Source: Moniliella sp. 'wahieum' (Eukaryota). Taken from it: 64,000 bases of DNA. A program made the position numbers and the translations under genes. The stretch covers positions 496,001-560,000 of the forward strand of contig RSEE01000024.1 of NCBI GenBank assembly GCA_003971905.1. Reading direction: 5' to 3'. This document shows, piece after piece, positions 1-15,029 of this stretch (within the stretch, counting starts at the first letter, position 1; the number at the start of each line of letters is the position of its first letter). A model generated the notes under the pieces. That model saw nothing but the letters and a program-made list of their open reading frames with translations, was not told where the DNA came from and made no database searches.

Positions 1-964
1 CCTTCAACGAGCAGGTGCAGGTGGCCCAGCAGGGCTTTACCCTTCCCAAAGAGTGTGAGCGGGCCGCGACCATCCTTCAATCCTTCTTGGCCGACCCCAG
101 CAACCCCGACTCGGCGCTCAACTCGATTCCTAAGGCGGTGCTGGCGCAGGCGCGTGGGCTGGCCATCTTTAGTGTCCTCAAAGGTGGCTTCATTTGGTCT
201 GCCAAAGCCGGCTCGGGCGTGGTTGTTGCCCGCCTCCCGGATGGATCTTGGTCAGCGCCTTCGTGCATCGCCACCGGCGGCGTTGGTGTTGGGTTCCAGG
301 TACGTACCTCCTCTCCCACCCCGACGACTGAGATCGCTTAGGATCTGAGTTGCTGTGCATGATCCTGCGTGCTGCATGACGGTGCGCGTGAGGTCGAGGC
401 CAAGTAAATCTGACTGGCACTGATTCGCAGATTGGGGCAGACCTGTCCGAGTTTGTGGTCGTGATGAACAGCGCTGAGGCTGTGCGTTCTTTTGCGCTCT
501 CGGGAAACCTGACGCTGGGCGGATCACTGTCGGCAACCGCTGGTCCCATTGGGACAGGGGGTGCTGTGCAGACCGCGATCGCCCACCCCGCTCCACTTTT
601 CAGCTACAGCCGGAGCAAGGGATTGTATGCCGGAGTGTCGCTGGAGGGAGTGGCGCTGCTGGAGCGGAGAGATGCCAACCGCGAGTTTTACGGGATGGAC
701 ATCCCTGCAAAGGACTTGCTCGAGGGACGGATACCGGCACCCGAAGCAGCCTCGCCCATGTACGAGGTGATTGAGGCGGCGGAACAGATTGATGAGACAG
801 GGGTGCCGCAGCACGCATACCTTCCCCCCGATCCCCTCGACCAGAACCAGGGTTACGACCTGGGAGACGGCTCTTCCCACCCAGTTCCAACTACGGCGCC
901 ACCCTCGTCTGAGTTGCGAGACAACGCCAGCCCGCAGGCGGAGACACCGCCCAAACCGCTTTGA
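1..964 (+). CDS. YSC84/SYLF (DUF500) actin/lipid-binding domain protein, 5' end outside window; intron 300-430
   Basis: IPKAVLAQARGLAIFSVLKGGFIWSAKAGSGVVVARLPDGSWSAPS...GVGFQ joins via GTACGT..CAG intron to IGADLSEFVVVMN...YSRSKGLYAGVSLEG. Confidence 0.9.
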
Positions 965-1313
965 TTGCCTCCATACGTACATGCGAATTGCCTCATTTGG
1001 CCCTCCCCTTCTAAGATCTCAACGTATCGGACTGGTCTATCTTTTCAGCTGGGGGCAACGTACTCACCCCTGGCCCACCTGGAAGGTATTGTAACGATTA
1101 GAAGTGACTTGATCGCTTGGTTGGGGACAGGTGCAGGTTTGCAGCGGAGCCAAATCAGCTATGGTAGACAAACAGATACACACACTTTTGCATTGTCCAG
1201 CAGCATCTCTGCTTTGTAGATGTGGAAGAGAAGAAGCGATGGCGGGCGGTTGCGTGTTACAGAAAAGGTTCTAGAACATCGTGCCGACCAAAAGGCGGTT
1301 AGGGCATAAGAGC

Positions 1314-3035
<1,722 letters not shown>

Positions 3036-3577
3036 TCAGGCTGAGCGGCGCTGAGTACACTGAGTGCGCTGAGCCTGAGCCGCTGAACGGAGGAGCGAGC
3101 TCGGTGGACGCAGGACGGTTCATATGAACGAGCGCTTCCTTTGCAGGAAGGAAATGATATGGATTCAAAACCAAGATCAGAATCGTTCTCAATCTCAATG
3201 TATCAATCTCAAACTCATCCTAGGAGGCTTCCTGCCGTCATCGCGTCATCGATCATCATGCAGTCAACTGTTAACCATGTCAAAACTCCCCCGGTCACCA
3301 TGATCTTCCGAACGTGAGCACAACATATATGGTTAGCCACCTGCTATACTGCCTTAAGGTTAGTTGCTTACGTTCCACCAACAAGGGGGGGGGGGGCGGG
3401 CTTTAGGCCGTAGGCCGCATCGCGGCGATTGCAAGTTGGACGGATCCGTATGCCAAGAGAGTAGTAAAAAAGCCCAAGAAAAGCCCAAGTGACGAGTGAG
3501 GGAGGTAATGGTGTGTATATTAGTGTACAACGGGATGCGAGTCGAAGCATGGAGGGCGCAAGCTAGTGCACCTCGAC

Positions 3578-4079
3578 CTACTTTTGGTTTTTAGCCGAGC
3601 TTGTGCGCTTGGCCTCAGCCTGTGCCTTGAGCTCGTCCAAGTTGATAGGCTTGGGGTCCGGAACACGCTCAAAATTCCCTGCTTTGTAAGAACGCTCGTA
3701 GGCCGCCCCAACAGAGAACAGCAGCTCACGTAGATTGTCGAGCGCGCGACGCAGTGCGTCGGAAGCCGAGGTGTTGTCGTACATCTGGATGCGGAGGTGC
3801 ACCTTGTTTTCCGAAGGATGGGGGATGCTGTATCCACAAAATTCCACCTGGGGGTCTTTCATGAGGATCCAACGCAGAGCATTTCCCATCGTATGGTCTT
3901 CGTCTGCAATAGCAAACGTGGCGGCGGACATGTCGGGCTCAGCACCAGGGAGCTGAAAGAGAACGCATCAGTTTGGAGCCCCACACCGAAAGGATGACAC
4001 ATACAATGGTGATCTTTCCCTTAATAGGATGCTGGGTGGGCACCTCCCCCTCGGCATCAGTCATGGCAACATCGCGCAT
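3578..4079 (-). CDS. RPC19: RNA polymerase I/III shared subunit AC19; intron 4004-3953
   Basis: ATFAIADEDHTMGNALRWILMKDPQVEFCGYSIPHPSENKVHLRIQ; GTATGT..CAG intron joins the first exon in frame. Confidence 0.93.
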
Positions 4080-4476
4080 GGTCGTTAAAACTGAGCGAGT
4101 TGTTGGCGGAACGCTAGGGGTGAATGGCTAGTGGTGGTGGTTCGCCAGCTTGCACGAAAAAAAGCGCGGAAAGAGGTAGGCGGAACGGAAACCTAAATTG
4201 AACGTTGCACTCAGGGCATCCCCGCTGTCATTGGCTGGCGCTAACGCGCTAACGCACTATTAGGACTGGGGTAAAAGCCTCGACCACTTACTAACTGGTT
4301 GAACGTAATACATCCATCTCAAGACGCATACGCTCTGCATCTTTCACCAACCCCCAAGGCGATGGCGAGAATTCATAGGGTAACTGAATGTGTGGAGAGG
4401 ACAGCTGCGTCACATGACTAAACATGAAGATGAGGGGATAACGGGAAGAGTGCAGAACAGAATGTATCCCCTAACA

Positions 4477-6027
4477 CTAGGCCCACACAGGGTCCTGAAT
4501 CTCAGGCCCACAGCCGACAGTGTGGACGACCCAGCCCATCTGGCGCAACGCCAAGGGGTCAACAATGTTACGGCCATCGAAGAGGAAAGCGGGTTTCTTG
4601 ACATTCTTGTAGATCTCGGCCCAGTCAAGTGTGCGGAACTCGTCCCACTCGGTAATGATGACGATTGCCTCGGCATCCTGGCAAGCCTCCTCGGCCGAAG
4701 CAGCAATGTGCACCTGCTTTTCGCACTCCTCAGCATCAGACTGTACCCCAGGTTCAGTCAGGTCTAGGAAAATCTGCTCGCGAGTGACCTTGGGGTCATA
4801 GATGGAAATTTGAGCATTCTCGGTGCGGAATGCCTTGCAGATGCTGATTGCGGCTGTCTCACGCGTGTCCCCCGTATCCTTCTTGAACGCAAACCCGAGA
4901 ACGGCGATCTTCTTGTTGGTGATCGTGCTGAAGAGTGTTTTGATGACTTTCTTGGCAAATCGGCCCTTGCTGTACTCGTTCATCTTAATCACCTGGTGCC
5001 AGTAGGCGGCCACATCAGGCAGACCCAAACTTTCCGACAGCTGGAAAAAAGTCAGTAGGTGCCCCTAAAAAGAAGAGGGGAAGGAGTACACACATAGACC
5101 AAATTCAGGATGTCCTTCTGGAAGCACGATCCGCCAAATCCGACCGAAGCCTTGAGGAACTTGGGGCCAATGCGGGCATCCAAGCCGCAAGCGTGGGCGA
5201 CTTCGTCGACATTGGCACCAGTGGCTTCGCAAATGGCGGCCATGGCGTTAATAGAGGAGATTCGCTGGGCAAGCATAGCATTGGCGGCAAGCTTGGACAG
5301 TTCTGAAGACCAGAGGCCGGTCGTGTAGATGCGCTCCATAGGAACCCAGTTGTTGTAGACGGCAGCCAAGGCAGCAGCAGCGGCCTTCCCGCTTTCAGTG
5401 GACAGAGAGCCGATCAGGACGCGGTCGGGATTGTTAAGATCAGAGATGGCGGTGCCTTCCGCGAGGAACTCGGGATTGGAGAGAATGTCAAAGTGGAGGC
5501 CAGGTCGGGCATTGGACTCGAGAATAACACGCATCGAGGCGGCAGTGCGGCAGGGCACAGTCGACTTTTCCACAATGATCTTGGAGGTCTCGGCGACTGC
5601 AGCGATGCGGCGGGTGGAGGCCTCGACGTAAGCGAGGTCAGCAGCAAAGCCCTTGCCGACGCCAGACTTCTTGGTGGGGGTGTTGACCGAGACAAAGATC
5701 AGGTCGGCTTCGCGGATGGCAGAGTCAATGTCGGTGGAGAAGAAAATTGCGGTCACGGCACTCCTTGACCACCTCGTCTAGGCCCGGTTCGTAAACTGGC
5801 AGTTCGTCCGAGTTCCATGCAGCAATGCGGGCTGGGTTAACATCAACAATGGTGACCTGGATATGAGGGCAGCGTTGGGCAATGACGCTGCAGGTGGGGC
5901 CACCAACGTAGCCGGCACCAACACAGCAGATCTTGCGCACCCTCTGCGACTCGGCGGGTGCGGGTGCATCGACATTGGCAAGCGAGCCGGCGCGGGTGTG
6001 GCTGGGGGAGGAAGAAGCAGGAGTCAT
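4477..6027 (-). CDS. UGD1: UDP-glucose 6-dehydrogenase; intron 5093-5041; frameshift near 5748
   Basis: [14 protein letters not shown]ossmann motif, [21 protein letters not shown] catalytic Cys motif, [14 protein letters not shown]. Confidence 0.96.
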
Positions 6028-6618
6028 GGGTAGGAGGTACCGAGTGGAGAGGCGATACGGGTAAGGAAGCGGGTGGTGGTGGTGGGCAGCCGACGATGAG
6101 ATGCGGCCAGGACGCGCGAGAAATATCTGTGGCCTACGGAAGACGGAGTTGAACGGTGGTGCTCCACCGGCCACCTGGCCCCAGGCCGCCCCTCCGCAGC
6201 TGCACGTCCGCGACACGTCGATCAATCGGTCCCCCCAAATACGTGCGAGAGCAGGGTGCGCAGCCCAGCCCAGGGGCAGTGTTCCAGCAATGACCGCCAC
6301 ATGCCGCAAGGACCCTGCGTGGCGCCAGTACCAGCGCTGGGGCGGGTGGCGACTGAGTGTTGGACTCCACGCCCGGGCACGGGGCCAGCCTGCCCGTGAC
6401 ACTGGTGTCTCAGGCTGCACAGAACCGGTGCGGAACGCACGACGAAGACAAGGTGGAGGGCTGCTATTACCCGGTAAGGCCCAAGGCCAGTGGCTCCCCG
6501 CCAAGCAAGCCCATCCCAAACTCACCCATTATCGATTATCGCCCGCCGCCACGTCGCCCAGGCCGCCCCACCCCCCGCGCCCACCTGCGAGTGGACTGTT
6601 TTCCCCTCCCTTTCACCA

Positions 6619-6662
6619 CCCATCACCATCCCATCACCATCCCATCACCATCCCATCACCAT
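6619..6662. repeat. 11-bp tandem repeat (CCCATCACCAT) x4
   Basis: directly visible tandem units. Confidence 0.85.
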
Positions 6663-7122
6663 TCTTTTGTCGGCTCATGGAGACGTGACCATGTGAACAA
6701 AGCACAGCGTCATGTTTTAGCGCATATTATTAGCACTGTGCATTAGCCCCCCTCTCTACATATCACGCAGATTTCAGGGCATATGCACCTTTTGTTCGCA
6801 AAACAACCGAGCATGGTGTATCGGGCAGGTGGCTGCGTCACAATGACCTGACCTGCACCGTACATACGCTTCTCTGGGATGCTCTCAAAAGGGATAAAAA
6901 GAGAGAAAAGCGTCGAAATATATCTTCTCAAAGCGCACATATAATGCTGTCAGATTTGTGGATCCTCAATGTCCTCAACGGATGCTGCTTTTCCTCTACG
7001 TTGCGATACCTTTCCGCAGCCAGGCATCGCCATATTGTGTCCAGAGTTACGGTGCTGCGCAGCCATCGCGCCCGCTCTTTTGGTGCAGAACCCTTAATCT
7101 ATACTGCATCCTGCATCCATAT

Positions 7123-7235
7123 CATTGACAAAGCTTAAGGCTGGGACAAAGAAACGCTGCGCATAATAAACCGAACCGTTCATCTCGCTTGTGCTGCTTG
7201 ATAGCGCCAACCCCGCTGAAAGAACCAGGGGAATC
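7123..7235 (-). mobile_element. Diverged 3'-terminal fragment of the CRE-like non-LTR element
   Basis: CATTGACAAAGCTTAAGGCTGGGACA...AAACCGAACCGTTCATCT matches 46427-46490. Confidence 0.8.
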
Positions 7236-7436
7236 ATTGGAGCTCTCCACAGCCGCTATACTATAATAGAGCTCAGATACTATTGAGTTCTCCGAAGATG
7301 CACGCGTGCACGCGCTTAGTTGTACCACAAGCGTTAAACGTTAATCACTGTACTATACTTGCTCGAAGCTCCCCCCCCCCCCCAACATATATCTGTCCTG
7401 ATCTTCTGCCCATATATGCAGAACCCTGTTTAAGTA

Positions 7437-8465
7437 TCACGGGCGCGCCCCGCCAGGGGGCTCACCCAGGTCTGTGAGGTACACTCCGTTAGGAGACCGA
7501 AGGACGACTCACGGTGGTTTCGGGCTCGGGCTAGTTCTGGTGGATCCGAACGGAGTTAGGGACGAGAGGACTATGGGCGTGAAGCGGAGGCGGCTGCACG
7601 CGTGTGACAAGGCTGCGTATGCATAATCGGCTTCAATGGGCCGTAGTAACGTGCTGAGGCCTCTGGGGTTTAGGGATGGGTAGAGGCAGTGGAGGATAAT
7701 CGATAAACACTGCCAGAGCTGGCGCTGAACAGGGGCAGCTGACGACGTCGCTGGAAAGGAATCCACGCAATAAGCTGGTCACGGGAAAGCTGGTCACGGG
7801 ACTCGACGCGGCTGAAGGAAGGCTCTCGCGACTGGGCGGATGGAATGCTGGGAGAAGATGTTGAAAGACGAAGAGTCAGCTACGTGTGGAGAGTAAGTTG
7901 GCTGTATTGACTCAATTGGCGGTAAACTACCAGGCAGGAGTTGGATAGTAAAAGCGGGAAGGGACGAGAATGGACGGTTGGGAAAGGATGATCCCCACCA
8001 ACCCAGGTGCATAGGCTAGATCACGTCCATTTCATTGACAGAGCTTAAGGCTGGGACAGGGGGAACGCTACGTCTAAACCTAACCGTTCATCTTGCGGGG
8101 GTTACTTGAGGGCGCCACTAAGGTCAAGGAACCAGGGGGATCGGCAGGATATCAGGACCCTCCGGCTCTCGCCATCCGGTCCCGTTCCCTAAGAAGCGCG
8201 TGTGGACACGGAGGAACGTGGTGTACACGGGAAAACGGACACAATGGGGGTGTATAGAAAGGACGTCATGCCGAAAGAGGTGTTGGCTGCCGCAGGCGCG
8301 ACTGAGAAGGATAATGTAAGTGGTACCGGGGCGACAGTCGTCGCAAAGATCCCGGAAACGCGGTGGAGTCATTTAGGCCAACTGACTTCAACTTGAGTGT
8401 GGGAGGCGAGTCTTGTCGTGCGAATGCGTGGTCATTCGCCGTACCTGGTTTAACCACAACCATCA
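7437..8465. repeat. Unclassified dispersed repeat, copy A, interrupted by a retroelement fragment
   Basis: colinear similarity to 56345-57098, e.g. CGACTCACGGTRGTTTCGGGCT, GGGCCGTAGTAACGTG, GCCGCAGGCGCGACYGAGAA, ATTTAGGCCA. Confidence 0.8.
8026..8225 (-). mobile_element. 5'-truncated ~200-bp copy of the CRE-like element
   Basis: 8033-8222 closely matches 46427-46613 and includes the ORF end TTFLRVHTRFLG; flanked by CACG at 8022-8025 and 8226-8229. Confidence 0.9.
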
Positions 8466-8623
8466 TAAAGTTTGGTTGGACTTCGGAGCGCGTTCTACTA
8501 GGCATATGTTGAGATCTGAGAGAGCAGGCGGGACTTAGCTTGGATCAGACCATCTCAGATCCAACGCAGCCCATAACGTTATCAGACTGGTCCATCACGT
8601 TCATCGATCCTCTTTGGCAACTT

Positions 8624-8678
8624 TTTTCCACATTTTGCCCACGGTTTGTCCACGGTTTGTCCACCTTTTGTCCACCTT
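8624..8678. repeat. Degenerate 11-bp tandem repeat (TTTGTCCACNN) x~5
   Basis: directly visible. Confidence 0.7.
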
Positions 8679-9428
8679 CTTCTGATTGTCTTCTATTGCT
8701 TCATGCTTATATTGGCGTTCTTTTATCACGACAATTCACAACAGAGAGAGGCACCACATCATGATACTGTGTCATACATGTCATATAGGCCGCATCCCAC
8801 TCCTATTTTAGTGAGGGCTTGTTGCCTTCCGGGTATTAGGCCTCTGCCTCACGGGATGTCTTTTCCCGGGTAAAAAGGCCACGGGACCAGCAAAAAGGAA
8901 GCCAGTATATAGAACAGTTATATTGCTCTCCCACTGCATATCATGTGTGAATTTAATTTTTGTGGCGGAAAGTAGTACTAAAATAGAGATGTCTCTTCAC
9001 TACTGTGATGGCGATGCGTTCGATACTGACTTCAGGGAGCACCACTAAGGGGGTTGTAAATGAGGCGAATGCAAGCCGGATTTAAACCGCACAAGAGCCT
9101 GATGGGTGCTTGGAAGGTAGCTCTCACAACAGTGTACATTTTTATGCGCTTTTGGTCAGACGTGCTTCATGATGCATGATGCATGATGATCGATGGTGTG
9201 ACATGTGCCATGCGACATACAGTTTAGGCTGAGGCGGAATTTGGGCTCCACATAATTCCGGACCCCCGCACACTGCCGTTGTGCTGTCAGTGGGATGGGC
9301 GCGACTTGTGAGGGCGTGCGGCATGTGGCGAGCAATGCGCCCTTAGGCCCTGAGGTGATGCGCCTGTAGTGCGTCAGGTTGAGTTGATGTCGATGGCTTG
9401 GTGAGCCACCATCGTCTCGCATCCCATC

Positions 9429-11999
9429 ATGGACGTTCTCGACCCGAGTGATGCGGGTATGCGCGCCGCAGCTGAAGCCAGCTTGTTCGACACAGATGCT
9501 GAATCGGATTTGAGCTCCGACGAGGGGGCAGTGACTGTTGCAAAGATCCAATCTCCTCCTCAAACAGCACAGTCGTCGCGGGCACCAGCGGAAGAGACAT
9601 CGACGCTTCTCGACACTTCCCATGTCTTCCCTTCTGCCACCTCACCTGTCTCCGCAAGCGCGCCTTCCCCTCCTATGACACCCACACCACATCGGAACCG
9701 TCCTCGCGCCCGCACACGCACACGCCGTCAGAGCCGCAAACACGCCCACCCCCCTCTATCACCTGGGTTCAACGCCTCTGTCCCAGGGGTTGGCGATACC
9801 TCTGCCGCTACTGCGTTGGCCAACCTACTCACACTCTCCTACATCTGCGCCCGTACCAGCGGCTCCCACCACAATGGGATCACCTTCAGGGGAAACGGAT
9901 AGCGTCGCCTCACTTCCCTCCCAGGAGCGTACGGCTTCACTTACTCTTGAGATTACTGGTCACAGCATCGAGACCAGGGATGGGGTATCGTCCTCAGGCA
10001 CCACCCCTGTGGAAAATGGGTCGTCTACAACCCTTCCTACTTCATCCTGTTCCGAAACGGATTCCACTCCCGCCTCTGCAGATCCTAATGCTACTCCGAA
10101 GGGAAGTGTTACTCCCAGTTCAGACGAGCGCATTATTCGCCCTTCCAAGCGCTTCACATTACATCCCATCGCAGTTGACGACGAGCCGGTCGATTGGGAG
10201 TTTTGGGGAGTGGTTATGAACGGTGCGTGACCCCCCCGGGTCTTGGGTGTATGGGTGACTGACTGAAAACAGACTACCAAGCTGCTGCGCGGGAACAGCC
10301 CGAACGGCTTTCCGCGGCCATCCGAGCTGGCATTCCCCCCACGTTGCGGGGGGCAATGTGGCAGTTGATGAGCGGGAGCAAAAACGAGGCGTTGGAACAG
10401 ACTTATGCATCGTACTTGGATCAGAACAGTGCTCACGATAAAGCGATCCAGCGCGACCTATTACGCACGTACCCCAATCAGCCTTACTTTCGCCCCGGCT
10501 CACAAGGACAAGAGGAACTATTCAATGTGGTCAAAGCATATGCAATCTCGGATCCTGAGGTGGGATACTGCCAGGGGATGCAGTTCATCGTCGGACCCCT
10601 CTTGCTCAACATGCCGGACGAAGAGGCGTTTAGCACCTGGGTCCAGCTTATGCACAAGTACGGTATGCGCGGCCACTTTTCCCCGGGCATGCCCACTCTT
10701 CAGCTCCGTCTGTACCAGTTTAGTCGCCTGCTGGAAGACCTGTTGCCACGACTGCATGCACATCTGATTCGCCAGGGTGTCAAGCCCAGCATGTATGCCT
10801 CCCCCTGGTTCATGACCTTGTTCTGTTACCGGTTTCCCATCGAGGCGGCATATCGTGTCCTCGATACTGTGTTTGCAGAGGGTATCGACTCGATCTTTCG
10901 GTTTGCCCTCTTGCTCCTGGCAAAGAACGAGAGCACTCTGCTCACTTTGGACTTTGAAGGGGCCGCACTCTTTTTGAAGGAGAAGGTGCTGGACGTGTAT
11001 CGCTCTCCCATAACTGTGGAGCACCCAGAGGGCGAAGGCGGGTTGATTCAAGAGAACAACGGCCAGTTTTCCACTTCGATCTTCTTTGCCGATTCTGCCG
11101 AAATGGCAGAGAAGATTGAGGCTGCGAATCTGGACAAATATGCCCGCGAGTACGAGGCGCAGGTAGCGCAGAGTTCTGCCCCATTGGAGGAGGTGGAGCA
11201 GCTACGAAAGTCAACATGGAAGTTGGCGGCTCGCGTGAAAGAGTTGGAGCAAGATGCCGAATCGCAAGAAGCCGCGCATATCGAGCTCATGAGACAGGTG
11301 GTGGCGGCAACGTTGGCTAAGGACGAAGTGGCGGAACAACTGGTGCAGTACAAGACCATGTATGCTGAAGCCATTCTGGCCAAGGAACGTGCCATCCTCA
11401 CACCGGCTGAAGCAGAGGCGCAAGACCGCGCCGCTAGCCCTGCTTTGCCGGCGTCGCATCCAGATCCCCATCCGAACAATCTTCCACTCTATCTGGGGAG
11501 AAGGTTCCTACTCCTGCTCCGGGGGGTATGGCCCATTCCGTTTCGGCCAAGGTCGCTTCGTGGGGGCGGTGGATGTCCCTCGGGCGCTCCTCTCGTGGGG
11601 TAGAGCCAGTGGCGGAGGAGCCTGCTCTCAGCCTGCCTTCTCCGGATGCGGCGCATGAGCCCATTAACGAAGTAGGAGGTGAGAGCGTCAGCGAGCCTAG
11701 GCTTGTACCCGAAGATGGAAAGAAGGCGAAGGATGAATGTGAAGGTCGGCGATAGGCTCCGACGTCGACGGGGACCGTCAAGGTACGAAGGACAAGGAGG
11801 GCACGGAGGACAAGTGCGCGCTGGCTGCGCCCCAGGCGGAGGACCCAGGGGTGGAAACGCAACTCCCAGCCGACACGTCTGCGAAGATCGCATCGGGTGC
11901 TGCCCCTCGTCGCCTATATTGCGCTCGGCCTCCCCTGAGGCAGTGGCTGGGCCTGCTGTTGTTGCGCCAGAGGATGGTTCGACAGCAGACCAGCTATAA
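9429..11999 (+). CDS. TBC-domain Rab GTPase-activating protein (GYP5/EVI5-like) with coiled coil; intron ~10223-10272; frameshifts at both ends, 3' end uncertain (11603-11999)
   Basis: GIPPTLRGAMWQLM, AIQRDLLRTYP (R finger), VGYCQGMQFI (Q finger), YASPWFMTLF. Confidence 0.9.
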
Positions 12000-12753
12000 C
12001 TGATGACCTACGGGTCATACATGCCTCCCATGCGGCCTCATCTTTGGCGTGGTCGCTTGTCTGAGCTCTGTGGATGTGCTCTGGACCTCATAACCCACAT
12101 GATGAATGCGTGCTGGCCTGTTGGGCCCCAACATTGGTGCCGGGCCCACACCACCCAGGCGGGCTGTGATGCGCTGATGCAGGAGGAGCTGGAGGTGACA
12201 TGTGACTGTGACATGACTGTCAACGATGGCCAGCGCGCTGAACGAGCACAGGCATCTTCATCTCGGGTAGTCGGGCAGCCCCCCATTCTTGCGCTCGAGG
12301 TGGGCGTAATGAAGCTGTGGCCCCGACATGCTACAGCGCGTCTGGTCATGCGCGTGCCGTGCATGTCATTTAGCTTGAGCCATCCATCCCATGGGATGCC
12401 GGTAGGGTTGCCACCAGGAGCAGGGTGAGGTGATGTCACGTTCTTTTAGCGAGGCACGGACCAGCCAGGGTGGGGGACAGGGACAGTGTGCAGCTGCTAG
12501 GCCTACGGCCTCAGGGCCTGAGGGCCCAAGGCCCAAGGCAACACTGCGCCCCAGCAGCCGCAGCAGGCCGCAGCCCGGCAAGCTCGACTTGAAGGCTGAC
12601 GCACCGGTGCTGTGCACGGCTGCGCCAGTGCTACAGACTGGGTGCCTCTCGCACGACACTTGGCGCTCTGCGATCCGACCCGAGCCAACAGTACCTTACC
12701 ACCATCACCTTCCGTCCTTCGTCCTTGTTCGCGCAACGCGCCCTCTGTTGTCC

Positions 12754-13749
12754 ATGCCACCCATCTCCTCCACCCACCCCTCCCAGGTCCCAGCCGACCC
12801 CATTCTCTATTCCTTCCCGACCAAGGACGACCTGTCCAAGTGTCTCGCCGAGTTTGTCATCAAGGTGCGTCTCTTGGCTACTCAAGCCAAACCCGATGCT
12901 CCCTATCTCCTGTGCGCCTAGCTGACCACTCCCCCTTCGCTTTCGCACGGCAGGCCCAAGATGAAGCCATTGCCCGGCGTAACAAGTTCACCCTCGCCAC
13001 GTCGGGCGGTAGCCTGCCGGCCATGTTGGCCAAACACCTCATTGACCGGACTGACAATCGCCTGCGCTGGGATAAGTGGTACGTACCCTAACCCATCCTC
13101 CTCCCAGCTGCTCACTTGTGGCCTCTGCCACCCTCTCTGCTAACATTGTCTCTGATACTCTAGGGACATCTGGTTCTGCGACGAGCGTCTCGTGCCGCTG
13201 GATGACAAGGAGTCCAACTTTTGGCTGTGCAACGAGGAGTTCTTTTCCAAAGTACCCGAGCTTAAACGCTCCCAGATCCATACCATCGACGAAACTCAGT
13301 TGAATGATGCTGAGGAGGTGGCGGACGCATACGAGAAGGAACTCGTCCACGCCTTTGCGGGGAAATCGTCGGTGCGCCACCCGGTGTTTGATCTGATCCT
13401 GCTCGGCATGGGTCCAGACGGCCACACTGCTTCGCTGTTCCCACATCATGAGCTACTCAGCGAGACGGACCGTTGGGTGGCACCTATTGAGGATGCTCCG
13501 AAGCCGCCCCCGCGGCGGGTGACGTTCACCTACCCTGTGCTGAACCATGCGCACCGCGTTGCCTTTGTTCTCGCCGGTGAGGGCAAGCAGGAACTTTTGT
13601 CCAAGACGCTTGATCACCCGGAGGAAGGCCTTCCTGCTTCGCGTGTGCGCCCTGTCCCGCCTGGTGACATTTACTTTTTCACTGATGACGCTGCGTCTGC
13701 CAAGGTGCAATACCCGCAGTCAGCCTTCAAGCTGCACCCTCTCCCGTAA
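12754..13749 (+). CDS. 6-phosphogluconolactonase (SOL family); introns 12865-12953 and 13079-13163
   Basis: [42 protein letters not shown]. Confidence 0.95.
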
Positions 13750-14230
13750 ATGTTGATTAACCAGCCTGACTCGATCACATGGCTCCTATGACTTGAGATT
13801 GCCGCTTTGTCCCCCTGGGTGCGGGTGATCGCATTGTTTCCAAGGTTACCCTTCCCCCTCTTCTTTCCCTCGCTCGCACCTTGTACAAGGGACTTGCACC
13901 CATGTTGTCGTCACGATAGCTACTCTGTCGAGAATGCACGCTGTTTTTGCGGCTGTTCACACTGGATGTTGCACGAGATGAATGCACTATTGATAACACC
14001 GAAAAGACAAGTCATACTGTTGACGTTATCGCCCCAAATGTGACGCCCTCGGAGAGAACTGGCTATGGGTCTAGTACATAACGAGGTGCGGGCATTCGAT
14101 TCCACAAACTGATGCTCAAAGGCGATGAAGAATACGGAAGATCGAGAGATGAAAGACGCAGGGACAGTACCAACACAGCGGGTTAGGTAGGTACACAGAA
14201 ATAGTTTTGGCTAGTAAGGAGAAGAACCGA

Positions 14231-14323
14231 GGCAATGTGCCCGAGCGGTTAAGGGATTGATTCGAATATCTTCGAGTTATCAATTAGGCTTTGCCTGCAC
14301 AGGTTCGAGTCCTGTCATTGTCG
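14231..14323 (+). tRNA. tRNA-Ser(CGA) with ~12-nt intron and long variable arm
   Basis: GGCAATG/CATTGTC acceptor, ATTGA-TTCGAA[intron]A-TCAAT anticodon arm, GGTTCGAGTCC B box, T6 terminator at 14325-14330. Confidence 0.93.
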
Positions 14324-14510
14324 ATTTTTTGCCCATCTCTAAAAAAGAGATATATGTTCTCTTTTGCACACTTGGACTTGCATATACATTGCGCTCAGAG
14401 GTATCAACTGCCCTTAATGCCTTCTCCCAAGAATGAATGCAGGACTGGGAGTGTTCAACTGCTCACAGCAATTTTGGAGCATACTGTTTTGGATACGGAT
14501 GAGACTTGTA

Positions 14511-14863
14511 TGCTAAAGTGCGACTTGGGAGCACTCGCGATCCTATGGATCAGCTGCAAAGCAGCCTTCAGACAAGGCGTGAAGGCAAAGTGGTGAGCCA
14601 CAAGTCTTCAAGCAACGTCTCATTGTGAGGAGCAACAGGTCAAGAAAGGAAGCAGAGGCGTACCTTCAGACAAGGCGTGAAGGCAAAGTGGTGAGCCACA
14701 AGTCTTCAAGCAACGTCTGAAGGGAAGGAGAAAGGAGAGAGAGAAGGGAGATGGAGCGAGCAGGGCGTGCGCGGCCTGCGAGCGGAACGCTTCCGCTCGG
14801 CTAGGCGAGCGTCACCGATCCATTGAGGGCCGCGCAGGAGAACCCTAGCAGTACCCTCTAACA
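14511..14863 (-). repeat. 3' LTR (353 bp)
   Basis: differs from the other LTR by one substitution and one 2-bp indel by eye. Confidence 0.95.
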
Positions 14864-15029
14864 GCCCCCTCGGTGAGCTCGCCAGACCACAGGTGGTGGT
14901 GGTCCTCGGCCAAGGGCCAAGGCATGGATGAAAGAAGAAAGGATGTCTCCAGCGCCTCTGGTCAAAAAGTGAAAGGAAAACATAATTGGCAAGCGATGTT
15001 GCCAAGTCAAGGTAAGAGAAACAGTAATT

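Noticed and set aside
455..964. YSC84-like protein lacking a C-terminal SH3 domain
   Set aside because: SYLF-only proteins are a known architecture, so this is not unusual.
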